The position numbers were made by a program, and so were the translations under genes. A DNA stretch of 32,000 nucleotides from Horticoccus luteus (lineage in GTDB: Bacteria; Verrucomicrobiota; Verrucomicrobiia; Opitutales; Opitutaceae). This document shows, piece after piece, positions 15,443 through 27,831 of this stretch (its first letter is position 1; each line of letters begins with the position of its first letter). The stretch lies in assembly GCF_019464535.1 (NCBI RefSeq), contig NZ_CP080507.1:1080001-1112000 (forward strand), in the 5' to 3' direction. A model generated the notes under the pieces. It was not told the origin of the DNA, searched no databases, and saw only the letters and a program-made list of their open reading frames with translations.

Positions 15443-17023
15443 ATGAACCGACTGGCGGAACGACTCGGCGCTTCCAGCGACTTCCTGATCGGAGTCGAGT
15501 TGGTGTCCACGCGCGGAGGCCTTGATCAGCCGCACGCGGCGAAGACGTTGTCCCTGGCGCGCGACCTTGCTGGGGCGGCGAGCATCGACTGGGTGTCGAT
15601 CACAGACAACGCGGGCGGCAATCCGATGCTGGCTGCGTCCGCGTTGGGCGCACCATTGCGCGATGCCGGGCGGGAGGTGGTGATCCATTTGTCGTGCAAG
15701 GATTTTAATCGCAACGCGCTGGAGAGCGAGGCGTGGCGGCTGGCGAGCGAGGGGTTTCAGAACATTCTGGTGCTGACGGGAGATTATCCGGGGCACGGGG
15801 TGGGTGGGGGCGGCAAACCGGCGTTCGACATCGACGCGATCGGTTTGCTCACGCTGCTCGGCCAGATGAATGCCGGGCTGGACGTGACGCGCGAGGGGGC
15901 GAAGAAGGCGGTGCGACTCGAGCCGACGAAGTTTTTTCCGGGCGCGGTGGTGACGAATTTCAAGCTGCTCGAGAACGAAGTGATTCCGCAGTTGTTGAAG
16001 ATGGAGCGGAAGCTCGCGGCGGGCGCGCGTTTCCTGATCAACCAGATCGGTTACGATTCGCGCAAGGTGCACGAGTTGATTGCGTGGATGCGGCGGCGCG
16101 GTCACGGGCACGTGCCGTTGATTGGAAATGTTTATGTGCTCAACCCGGGCGTGGCGCGGGTCTTTCGCGCCAAGAAAATTCCGGGCGTGGTGATCTCGGA
16201 GGAGCTCGGCGATATCTGCGAGGCGCAGCGGGCGGCAGCGGACAAGGGCAAGGCGTTTTTCCTCGAACTGGCCGCGAAGCAAATCGCGATTTACCGCGGG
16301 CTCGGTTATCGCGGCGCGTATCTGGGCGGGGTGCATTCCGTGGCGGAGATCGAGCGCGTGCTGGAAATCGAGCGCGGGTTTGCGCCGGACGATTGGAAGC
16401 AGTTTGCGCGGGAGATCCAGTATTCGCGCCCGGGCGAATTTTTCGTGTTTGCGCGCGATGAGAACACGGGTCTCGCCAATCCGGAAAAGCTGGAAGCGAC
16501 GTATGCCGCTTCGCTGGGCGCGCATCCGCGGACCCAGAATGTCACGTTCACGTATCGATTTTCCAAGTTTGCGCACGAATTGATGTTCACGCCGGGCAAG
16601 GGCCTGTGGAAGGCGGGCGATGCGCTGTGCGCGAGCGCGAAGGATCCGCTGCAAGGGCCGGCATGGATGAGGGCGATCGAGCACACGAGCAAACGCCTGA
16701 TGTTTGACTGCCGCGATTGCGGTGACTGTTCCCTCTCGGAGATGGCGTTTCTGTGTCCAGAATCGTCGTGTGCGAAAAACCAACGCAACGGTCCGTGCGG
16801 GGGCACCCGGGATGGAAAGTGCGAGGTTTACGACTACGAGTGCATTTGGTCGCGCGCTTACGAGCGCCTGAAATTCGAGGGTCGCGAAGACCAGTTGCTC
16901 GCGCACACTCCCGCGGTGCAGGATCAGAGTCTGCGTTATACGTCGAGCTGGGCCAACACCTGGGCCCGCCGCGACCATCTCGCCAAACACCCTCCGGCCA
17001 GCCTCCCACCGATCAAATCCTGA
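15443..17023 (+). CDS. Methylenetetrahydrofolate reductase domain fused to an MTHFR_C (MetV-like, Cys-rich) domain
   Basis: The N-terminal roughly 300 aa carry MetF-like motifs: GVELVSTRG, VSITDNAGG, HLSCKD and ILVLTGDYP. The C-terminal segment is Cys-rich: FDCRDCGDCSLSEMAFLCPESSCAKNQRNGPCGGTRDGKCEV. That segment matches the MTHFR C-terminal/MetV-type domain as I recall it. Confidence 0.75.
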   Translation: MNRLAERLGASSDFLIGVELVSTRGGLDQPHAAKTLSLARDLAGAASIDWVSITDNAGGNPMLAASALGAPLRDAGREVVIHLSCKDFNRNALESEAWRLASEGFQNILVLTGDYPGHGVGGGGKPAFDIDAIGLLTLLGQMNAGLDVTREGAKKAVRLEPTKFFPGAVVTNFKLLENEVIPQLLKMERKLAAGARFLINQIGYDSRKVHELIAWMRRRGHGHVPLIGNVYVLNPGVARVFRAKKIPGVVISEELGDICEAQRAAADKGKAFFLELAAKQIAIYRGLGYRGAYLGGVHSVAEIERVLEIERGFAPDDWKQFAREIQYSRPGEFFVFARDENTGLANPEKLEATYAASLGAHPRTQNVTFTYRFSKFAHELMFTPGKGLWKAGDALCASAKDPLQGPAWMRAIEHTSKRLMFDCRDCGDCSLSEMAFLCPESSCAKNQRNGPCGGTRDGKCEVYDYECIWSRAYERLKFEGREDQLLAHTPAVQDQSLRYTSSWANTWARRDHLAKHPPASLPPIKS

Positions 17024-17060
17024 AGACGGCACTCGAATTCGTTCTCCGCATTTTTAATCT

Positions 17061-18410
17061 ATGAATATGTCAAAGCCCACCAACCTCGAAACGAAACTCC
17101 AGCAGTATGCCAGCCCCGTCGATATGTTGCGACATTCGACGGTCGGCGGCATCCAGTTCCCCATCAAGTCAGAGTATTCGAACTGGCGCGACGAGCAGGA
17201 GGCGTGGCAGCACAGCGTGATCCTTTTCGACCAGTCCTTTCACATGAAGGACGTCTACGTCGAGGGTCCCGACGTCAAACGGCTGATTTCCGATGTGGCG
17301 GTGAACTCGATGGCGAATTTCGGCGCCAACAAGGCCAAGCAGATTGTGGCCTGCAATTACGACGGGCGCGTGATCGGCGATGCCATTCTTTTCGGCCTGT
17401 CAGATGAAAAATACAGCGTGGTGGGCCGGCCGTCGGTGCCGAATTGGGTCGAGTTCAACGCGCGCACAGGCAACTACGACGTCAAAGTCACAGTGGATGA
17501 ATGGGCGATCTATAACAAGGGCCAGCGCCTGCTCTATCGTTATCAGATTCAGGGTCCGAATGCCTTGGAACTGATCAAGAGCGTGCACGAGGGTCCGTTT
17601 CCCGACATCAAGTTCTTCCATCTGGGCGAACTGAAGATCGCGGGGCACAAAGTGCGCGCGCTGGGGCACAACATGTCACGCATGGGTGGCCTGGAACTGC
17701 ACGGTCCGCTGGCGGAAGGGAAAGCGGTGCTCGACGCGATCCTGGCGGCGGGACCGAAGTTCGGCTTGGTGCAAGGCGGCAGCCGGTCTTACGCGACGGT
17801 CTCGCCGGAGAGCGGCTGGATTCCGTCGCCGATGCCCGCGATTTACGCCGGCGAGAAGATGAAGCCGTATCGCGAATGGCTGCCGGCGGAGGGTTTTGAG
17901 GCCACGGCGTCGCTCGGCGGCAGTTTTTCGTCCCCGAATATTGAAGACTACTATCAAACGCCGTGGGATCTCGGCTACGGGCGGCACGTCAAATTTGACC
18001 ACGACTTCATCGGCCGCGCGGCGCTGGAAAAAATCGCGGATCAGCCGCATCGCCGCAAAGTCTGGCTGCGCTGGAACAACGACGATGTGTTGAAGGTTTA
18101 CGCCAGCCAGCTCCGGCCGGGCGACCGTTACAAATACATGGAAATGCCGAACGCCTACTATTCCCTGCTGCCGTTCGACAAGGTGATGGTGAACGGCCGG
18201 ATGGTCGGTCTTTCGACTTACACGATCTACACGGCGAACGTGCGCGGGTGGTTCTCTCTGGCGATGGTGGACGACAATCTGGCTGATGGGGCCGAGGTGT
18301 CGGTCGTCTGGGGCGAAGAAAACGGCGGTTCGCCGCGGCCGATCGTCGAACGCCATGTGCAAACCGAAATCCGGGCGACCGTTTCCGACAACCGGCTCAA
18401 TCTGCCGTGA
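17061..18410 (+). CDS. GcvT-fold, tetrahydrofolate-dependent demethylase, LigM/DesA-like (aryl O-demethylase type)
   Basis: 449 aa, much longer than a true GcvT. Motifs resembling Sphingobium LigM from memory: PTNLE, DMLRHS, EYSNWRDEQEAWQHSVILFDQSFHM, NKAKQ, YQIQGPNA, ESGWIPSPMPAIYAGEKMKPYREWLPA, GGSFSSPNIEDYY, VKFDHDFIGRAALE and VWGEENGG. An alternative start is the ATG at 17067. Confidence 0.7.
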   Translation: MNMSKPTNLETKLQQYASPVDMLRHSTVGGIQFPIKSEYSNWRDEQEAWQHSVILFDQSFHMKDVYVEGPDVKRLISDVAVNSMANFGANKAKQIVACNYDGRVIGDAILFGLSDEKYSVVGRPSVPNWVEFNARTGNYDVKVTVDEWAIYNKGQRLLYRYQIQGPNALELIKSVHEGPFPDIKFFHLGELKIAGHKVRALGHNMSRMGGLELHGPLAEGKAVLDAILAAGPKFGLVQGGSRSYATVSPESGWIPSPMPAIYAGEKMKPYREWLPAEGFEATASLGGSFSSPNIEDYYQTPWDLGYGRHVKFDHDFIGRAALEKIADQPHRRKVWLRWNNDDVLKVYASQLRPGDRYKYMEMPNAYYSLLPFDKVMVNGRMVGLSTYTIYTANVRGWFSLAMVDDNLADGAEVSVVWGEENGGSPRPIVERHVQTEIRATVSDNRLNLP

Positions 18411-19282
18411 GCGCGTCCGCCCAAGCCCGGCTGCGGCTCATCGCGTCGTGTCCTGACCGGACTGGAATCGTCGCCCGCGTGGCGACGTTTCTGGCCGAGC
18501 GCGGGGCGTCGATCACGGAGGCAGCGCAATATAACGATCCGCGCAGCGAGATGTTTTTCATGCGCTCGGAATTTGTGATTGGCGGCGATGCGGAGGTGCT
18601 GGCGCGGCTCGAAAAGGAGTTTCAACCCATCGGAACGGAAATGAAGATGGCGTGGCGGATGGTGGATGCGCAGCGGCGGCAGCGCGTCGTGCTGCTCGTG
18701 AGCAAGTTTGACCACTGTCTCGCCTACCTGCTGCACCGGCGAAAAGTGGGGGATCTGGAGTTCGACGTGCCGTGCGTGATTTCGAATCACGAGGACCTGC
18801 GGTCGCTGGTCGAGTGGTATGGCATTCCTTATCATTACGTGCCCGTGCCGAAAGAATCGGCGGGCAAACAGGCGGCGTTGGAGAAGACGGCGCAGCTCAT
18901 TTCGGAGGCCGAGCCCGACACCATCGTGCTCGCGCGTTACATGCAGATCTTTCCGCCGTGGTTGTGCGAACGCTACCGCCATCGCGTGATCAACATTCAT
19001 CACAGTTTCCTGCCGTCCTTCGTCGGCGGGAAGCCGTATCACCAGGCCGAGGAACGCGGCGTGAAGCTCATCGGGGCGACGTGTCACTACGTCACCGAAG
19101 AACTCGACGCCGGTCCGATCATCGAGCAGGACGTGGTGCGCATCCGGCACAGCGACACGATCAAGGACATGATGCGCTTGGGGAAAGACGTGGAGAACGC
19201 GGTGTTGTCCCGCGGGCTACGTTATCACCTCGAGGACCGGGTGCTCGTGCACGGGAACAAGACGATTTTGTTTTCGGGCTGA
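18407..19282 (+). CDS. purU: Formyltetrahydrofolate deformylase
   Basis: ACT-like N-terminus (CPDRTGIVARVATFLAERGASI). Formyltransferase core with VINIHHSFLPSFVGGKPYHQAEERGVKLIGATCHYV. The GTG start overlaps the upstream stop (GTGA, 18407-18410). Confidence 0.85.
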   Translation: MSASAQARLRLIASCPDRTGIVARVATFLAERGASITEAAQYNDPRSEMFFMRSEFVIGGDAEVLARLEKEFQPIGTEMKMAWRMVDAQRRQRVVLLVSKFDHCLAYLLHRRKVGDLEFDVPCVISNHEDLRSLVEWYGIPYHYVPVPKESAGKQAALEKTAQLISEAEPDTIVLARYMQIFPPWLCERYRHRVINIHHSFLPSFVGGKPYHQAEERGVKLIGATCHYVTEELDAGPIIEQDVVRIRHSDTIKDMMRLGKDVENAVLSRGLRYHLEDRVLVHGNKTILFSG

Positions 19283-19303
19283 GTGATCCGACTGACTACG
19301 CGG

Positions 19304-19332
19304 GCGCGACGGTGGTTTTACGACCGTCGCGC
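19304..19332. terminator. 10-bp GC hairpin between the convergent purU and gcvP genes
   Basis: GCGCGACGGT (19304-19313) pairs with ACCGTCGCGC (19323-19332) across a 9-nt loop. A T5 run lies about 12 nt downstream. A second small hairpin, GGCGGA-GCGCG-TCCGCC, lies at 19364-19380. Confidence 0.35.
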
Positions 19333-19428
19333 CGCGCAGAGGATTTTTCGACGGAGTAATTCAGGCGGAGCGCGTCCGCCCAAGAGGCGTGTGTTGACGG
19401 AACCGCGGCGTGCGGCGGATGCTCAGCG

Positions 19429-22326
<2,898 letters not shown>

Positions 22327-22432
22327 GCCTCCACGCTAGAAGCCGGCGCTTCCCGCGCAATCGCGTTTCGATCCGGCGGTGTTTAAGGTGTTGTTTTTGG
22401 GAGTGAAGCCGCTGTGTTGACCGACCGTTCGC

Positions 22433-23101
22433 ATGAGTGCCGAGACGTTTTCCACCCGCGCCCAGCGAGCTGCCTACATTGATCGGCGGCTGGCCGAGCT
22501 TTATCCAGCGACGCCGGTGCCGTTGACGCATCGCGACGCGTTTACGTTGCTCATCGCCGTGCTGCTTTCAGCGCAGTGCACGGATAAACGCGTGAACGAA
22601 ATCACGCCACGGCTGTTCGCGCGGGCCGACACGCCGGCGGCGATGGCCAAGGTGCCGGTCGAGGAGATCCAGGCCATCATCCGCCCGTGCGGGCTTTCGC
22701 CGCAGAAGGCGAAGGCGATCAGCGGGCTTTCGCGCCAGTTGCTGGAGCGACATGGAGGGGAAGTGCCGCGGACGTTTGCGGACTTGGAGGCGTTGCCCGG
22801 CGTGGGGCACAAAACGGCATCGGTCGTGATGGCGCAGGCGTTTGGCGTGCCGGCGTTTCCGGTCGACACGCACATCCACCGGCTGGCGCAACGCTGGACG
22901 TTGACGAACGGGCGCAACGTCGAGCAGACGGAGGCGGATTTGAAAAAATTGTTTCCGCGTGAGCATTGGAACGCGTTGCACTTGCGGATTATTTTTTACG
23001 GGCGCGAGCATTGCACAGCGTATGCGTGCGATGGCACGCGTTGTGAGATTTGCGCGACGTTGTTTCCGCGACGGACGCGGGCGGTGAAGACCCGCAAGTG
23101 A
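22433..23101 (+). CDS. nth: Endonuclease III (DNA glycosylase/AP lyase)
   Basis: HhH-GPD motifs LLSAQCTD and LPGVGHKTASVVM, plus VDTHIHR. A C-terminal four-Cys cluster CTAYACDGTRCEIC would hold the 4Fe-4S centre. Confidence 0.9.
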   Translation: MSAETFSTRAQRAAYIDRRLAELYPATPVPLTHRDAFTLLIAVLLSAQCTDKRVNEITPRLFARADTPAAMAKVPVEEIQAIIRPCGLSPQKAKAISGLSRQLLERHGGEVPRTFADLEALPGVGHKTASVVMAQAFGVPAFPVDTHIHRLAQRWTLTNGRNVEQTEADLKKLFPREHWNALHLRIIFYGREHCTAYACDGTRCEICATLFPRRTRAVKTRK

Positions 23102-23241
23102 GGGGCGCGGGGGCTTGGGGCCGAGGCGGTCGGCGGAGTTCCGCGGCGCGGAATCCCAAGCCGAAAATCGCTGGCCGACGCGTTTGGCGAAAAGGTGATT
23201 GATTCGCGGCGAACGAGTGTGCACGTTTTCGCCCCTGTTTC

Positions 23242-23318
23242 GGACGCTTAGCTCAGTTGGTTAGAGCACCTGCTTCACACGCAGGGGGTCGTTGGTTCGA
23301 GTCCAATAGCGTCCACCA
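23242..23318 (+). tRNA. tRNA-Val (anticodon CAC), CCA encoded
   Basis: Hand-folded cloverleaf. The acceptor stem GGACGCT pairs with AGCGTCC and the D stem GCTC pairs with GAGC. The anticodon stem CCTGC pairs with GCAGG, with loop TTCACAC. The T stem GTTGG pairs with CCAAT, with loop TTCGAGT. The discriminator is A, followed by CCA. Confidence 0.9.
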
Positions 23319-23361
23319 TTTTTTGCACGGGCTTCGGCCGTGCGGCGCGCGACCAAGTTAG

Positions 23362-24561
<1,200 letters not shown>

Positions 24562-24594
24562 GTTCGCGCTTACGAATCCACACCTCTAGTTGAA

Positions 24595-24667
24595 CCACAG
24601 AGGCACGGCGGCGGAGAGAGGCAATGTGATCTCTGCGCCCCGCGGTGTCCTGTGGTTCTTTTTTTTC
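24595..24667 (+). terminator. Long imperfect hairpin followed by a T-run between gap and pgk (intrinsic terminator or attenuator candidate)
   Basis: The outer stem pairs CCACAG (24595-24600) with CTGTGG (24650-24655). The inner stem pairs GGCGGAGAGA with TCTCTGCGCC, with one mismatch. The hairpin is followed directly by TTCTTTTTTTT (24656-24666) and ends just before the pgk ATG at 24673. Confidence 0.5.
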
Positions 24668-24672
24668 CCACC

Positions 24673-25917
24673 ATGCCGAAGTTTCAAACCATCCGTGATC
24701 TCAACCTGAACGGAAAGCGCGTGCTCATTCGCGTCGATTTCAACGTGCCGCAGGACAAGGCGAGCGGCGCGATCACCAACAATCAGCGCATCGTCGCCGC
24801 GCTGCCCACGATCAACTACGCGTTGGAGCAAGGCGCGTCGGTGGTGTTGATGAGTCATCTCGGCCGGCCGGATGGGAAGGCGAATGCGAAGTATTCCCTG
24901 AAGCCGGTGGCGGCAGAGCTGGAAAAGCTGCTGGGGCGGCCCGTGGCGTTTGCGGCGGATTGCGTCGGCGCGGAGGCGGAGCAAGCGGCGGCGGCGCTCA
25001 AGCCGGGCGGGGTGCTGCTGCTGGAGAACCTGCGTTTCCACCTCGAGGAGGAGGGCAAAGTGAAGCAGGAGGATGGTTCCTCGGTGAAAGCGGATCCGGC
25101 GAAGGTGGCGGCGTTTCGCGCGAGTCTTTCGAAATTGGGCGACGTGTATGTGAACGACGCTTTCGGCACTGCGCATCGCGCGCACAGCTCGATGGTGGGC
25201 GTAAATTTGCCGCAGAAAGCAGCGGGATTTTTGATGGAGGCGGAGCTCAAAGCGTTTGCGTCGGTGCTGGATCATCCGCAGCGCCCGTTGCTCGCGATAC
25301 TCGGCGGCGCCAAGATCGCGGACAAGATTCCCCTCATCAACAATCTGCTCGAGAAAGCCGACGAGATCATCATCGGCGGCGGCATGGCGTTTACGTTCAA
25401 GAAGGAACTCGAGGGCATGGCCATCGGCGACAGCCTTTACGATCCGGAAGGGGCCAGAATCGCGAAAGACCTTTTTGCGAAGGCCGCCGCCAAGGGGGTG
25501 AAGATTCACCTGCCGGTGGACTTCGTGGTGGCGGACAAATTCGATCCGGAGGCGACGACACAAATTGTGGACGATCAGGCGGGCATTCCTGCGGGGTGGA
25601 TGGGCCTCGATGCGGGCCCGAAGTCGCGCGAGCGGTTCGCGGAAGTGATCGGGCGGTGCAAGACGATCATCTGGAACGGGCCTCCGGGCGTGTTTGAGTT
25701 TGCGAAGTTCGCCGAGGGCACGAAGGCAATGGCGGCGGCGATTGCGGGAGCCACGGCAGCGGGCGCGACGACGGTGGTCGGCGGGGGCGACACCGCCACG
25801 GCGGCCAAGAAAACCAAGGTCGCCGACAAGGTCACGCATTGCTCCACGGGTGGCGGCGCCAGTCTCGAATTCCTCGAGGGCAAAGCCTTGCCAGGGGTGG
25901 CGTTCCTCGAAAGCTGA
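24673..25917 (+). CDS. pgk: Phosphoglycerate kinase
   Basis: Motifs are [30 protein letters not shown] and VVGGGDTA. The ATG at 24673 ([10 protein letters not shown]) is preferred over the GTG at 24652. Confidence 0.95.
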   Translation: MPKFQTIRDLNLNGKRVLIRVDFNVPQDKASGAITNNQRIVAALPTINYALEQGASVVLMSHLGRPDGKANAKYSLKPVAAELEKLLGRPVAFAADCVGAEAEQAAAALKPGGVLLLENLRFHLEEEGKVKQEDGSSVKADPAKVAAFRASLSKLGDVYVNDAFGTAHRAHSSMVGVNLPQKAAGFLMEAELKAFASVLDHPQRPLLAILGGAKIADKIPLINNLLEKADEIIIGGGMAFTFKKELEGMAIGDSLYDPEGARIAKDLFAKAAAKGVKIHLPVDFVVADKFDPEATTQIVDDQAGIPAGWMGLDAGPKSRERFAEVIGRCKTIIWNGPPGVFEFAKFAEGTKAMAAAIAGATAAGATTVVGGGDTATAAKKTKVADKVTHCSTGGGASLEFLEGKALPGVAFLES

Positions 25918-26015
25918 TTTCTCCAACCGAGCGGGGTGACCGCGGGTGCGAACCTTAAACGCTTTCCGGTCTTTCTCCTCGCTACGCACGGTGCACTTCT
26001 CGCTACTTCTTCATC

Positions 26016-26786
26016 ATGTCTTCGCGCAAAAAACTCATCGCTGGTAACTGGAAAATGAACAAGACGTCGGCCGACGGCATGGCGCTGGCGCGTGAAATCG
26101 TCGTCGAAGTGGGCAAGTTAAACGACGTCGAAGTCGTGTTGTGTCCGCCGTTTACCGCGTTGGAGGCGGTGGCGAAGGAGATCGATGGTTCGCAGGTGAA
26201 ACTCGGCGCGCAGAACATGCATCCGGAGCCCAACGGGGCGTTCACGGGCGAAATTTCCGCGCCGATGTTGCGGGCGCTGTTCGCGACGCACGTCATCCTC
26301 GGCCACAGTGAGCGGCGTGCGTATTTCGCGGAGACGGATGCGTTCATCAACGAGAAGGTGATCGCGGGGTTGAAGCATCAGTTGCGGCCGATTTTGTGCG
26401 TGGGTGAGACCCTCGCGGAGCGCGAAGCCGGCGACACGCTGAAGGTCGTGCAGACGCAGCTCGAAGGCGGCCTCGCGGGAACGAACAAGGACCAAGCGGC
26501 GAGCCTCGTGATCGCCTACGAGCCGGTGTGGGCGATTGGCACGGGCAAGGTGGCGACCAGTGAGCAGGCGCAGGAAGTGCACGCGTTCATCCGCGGCTTG
26601 CTGGCGAAGCTTTACACCGAGCCGGTGGCGCAGCGGATGCGGATTCTTTACGGCGGCTCGATGAAGCCGGCGAACGCGGCTGAACTGCTCGCGCAACGCG
26701 ACATCGACGGCGGGTTGATTGGCGGCGCGAGTTTGGAAGCGCGCAGCTTTGTGGAGTTGATCAAGATCGCGGCGACGGCGCAGTGA
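26016..26786 (+). CDS. tpiA: Triosephosphate isomerase
   Basis: Motifs are IAGNWKMN, ILGHSERR, AYEPVWAIGTG and GGASL. Confidence 0.95.
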   Translation: MSSRKKLIAGNWKMNKTSADGMALAREIVVEVGKLNDVEVVLCPPFTALEAVAKEIDGSQVKLGAQNMHPEPNGAFTGEISAPMLRALFATHVILGHSERRAYFAETDAFINEKVIAGLKHQLRPILCVGETLAEREAGDTLKVVQTQLEGGLAGTNKDQAASLVIAYEPVWAIGTGKVATSEQAQEVHAFIRGLLAKLYTEPVAQRMRILYGGSMKPANAAELLAQRDIDGGLIGGASLEARSFVELIKIAATAQ

Positions 26787-26822
26787 ATCCACGCCGTCGG
26801 GGTGGATCACGGCGGCGACGGA

Positions 26823-27707
26823 CTATTTTTCCCGTGCGATCAACTCGCGGGTGAGCGTGGTCAGGAAACGCGTATCGGCGGCCACGCGAGCCAGCGCGGC
26901 GATCGCGCTTTCGGTGCGCTCGACGGCGATGCCGCGGGCGGTGGCGAGCCCGTGAAGTTTCACGTAAGTGGTCTTGCCCGCTTGGGCGTCTTTGCCGGCG
27001 GTTTTGCCTAAAACGCCCGAGCTGGCCGTGGCATCGAGGATGTCGTCCACGATTTGAAAAACGAGGCCGATGTCGCGGCCGGCAACTCGCAGGGCGGCGA
27101 TGGCGGGTTCATCGGCCTGCCCGACCAGAGCGCCGAGCGCGAAAGCGGCTTCGATCATCGCGGCGGTTTTGTTGCGATGGATGAACTCGAGGTCGTCGGC
27201 GGTGGCGTCGGCGTTCTTTTCGGCGAGGAGATCCTCCATCTGCCCACCGATCAGGCGGCGGCTGCCGGCGGCGTCGGCGAGTTCGGCGAGGAGCGCGCGC
27301 GCGAGGGTGGAATCATCGGCGTAGTTTCCCGCGAGCAAGGCGAAGGCGTGCGTGAGCAGGGCGTCGCCGGCGAGGAGCGCAGTCGCTTCATCGAAGGCTT
27401 TGTGCGCCGTGGGACGGCCGCGGCGGAGGTCGTCGTTGTCCATGCACGGGAGGTCGTCGTGGATGAGCGAGTAGGTGTGCACGCATTCGAGCGCGACGGC
27501 CGCGGGGAGGGCGCGATCGTCGGTGATGCCGAAGAGTTCGGCGGTGGCGAGCACGAGCACGGGGCGCAGGCGTTTGCCGCCGGCTTGCATACTATAACGC
27601 ATCGCGGTGTGCAGCCGCGCCGGGCGGGCGTCCGCCGCGGGTAAATGGAGATCGATCCCACGCTCCACGCGGGCGACCAGGCGTTTCATTTCGGCGGCGA
27701 AATCCAT
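26823..27707 (-). CDS. ispA: Polyprenyl diphosphate synthase, IspA-like (farnesyl diphosphate synthase type)
   Basis: The first Asp-rich motif, ECVHTYSLIHDDLPCMDNDDLRRGRPT, is nearly identical in pattern to E. coli IspA. The second is FQIVDDILD. The ATG at 27707 (MDFAAEMKRL) is preferred; the 42-codon upstream extension in the track is Arg/Ser-rich and unlike the family. Confidence 0.8.
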   Translation of the reverse strand: MDFAAEMKRLVARVERGIDLHLPAADARPARLHTAMRYSMQAGGKRLRPVLVLATAELFGITDDRALPAAVALECVHTYSLIHDDLPCMDNDDLRRGRPTAHKAFDEATALLAGDALLTHAFALLAGNYADDSTLARALLAELADAAGSRRLIGGQMEDLLAEKNADATADDLEFIHRNKTAAMIEAAFALGALVGQADEPAIAALRVAGRDIGLVFQIVDDILDATASSGVLGKTAGKDAQAGKTTYVKLHGLATARGIAVERTESAIAALARVAADTRFLTTLTRELIAREK

Positions 27708-27831
27708 GAGCAGGTCTGGGGTGCGGGAAAAGGATGGCGGGCGCAATCCTGCAGCACGACGGCCGGCGCTTCGGCGCGAGAAGAGTCTCGCCAAGAATCG
27801 GGTCGGCACCCATAACGCGGACGAATTTATC

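Noticed and set aside
15426-15446. Six-codon uORF (MARLNE) whose TGA overlaps the ATG of the MTHFR-like gene (ATGA).
   Set aside because: It is too short and has no evidence of conservation. It could easily arise by chance, so it is noted only as a possibility.
15450-15457. GACTGGCG resembling part of the ZTP (pfl) riboswitch core near a folate gene.
   Set aside because: It lies inside the coding sequence (codons 3-5). It lacks the GGGTCG 5' part and the downstream CCGCCTGGGC pseudoknot partner.
22327-22432. Possible glycine riboswitch in the gcvP leader.
   Set aside because: The minus-strand leader (GCGAACGGTCGG...CGCGGGAAGCGCCGGCTTCTAGCGTGGAGGC) lacks the conserved GGAGAG / CACCGAAGGGGCAA / CTCAGGCAAAAGGAC cores as I recall them. 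It is also only about the length of a single aptamer. It still needs an Infernal check.
23325-23343. Hairpin GCACGG(G)C-TTCG-GCCGTGC just after tRNA-Val.
   Set aside because: The T6 run precedes rather than follows the stem on the plus strand, and on the minus strand it becomes an A-run. It therefore does not fit an intrinsic terminator, and no function can be supported.
26787-26829. Small overlapping inverted repeats (ATCCAC/GTGGAT and CCGTCG/CGACGG) between the convergent tpiA and ispA genes.
   Set aside because: The stems are only 6 bp with large or competing loops, and the T-run lies inside the ispA 3' coding end. This is too weak to call a terminator.
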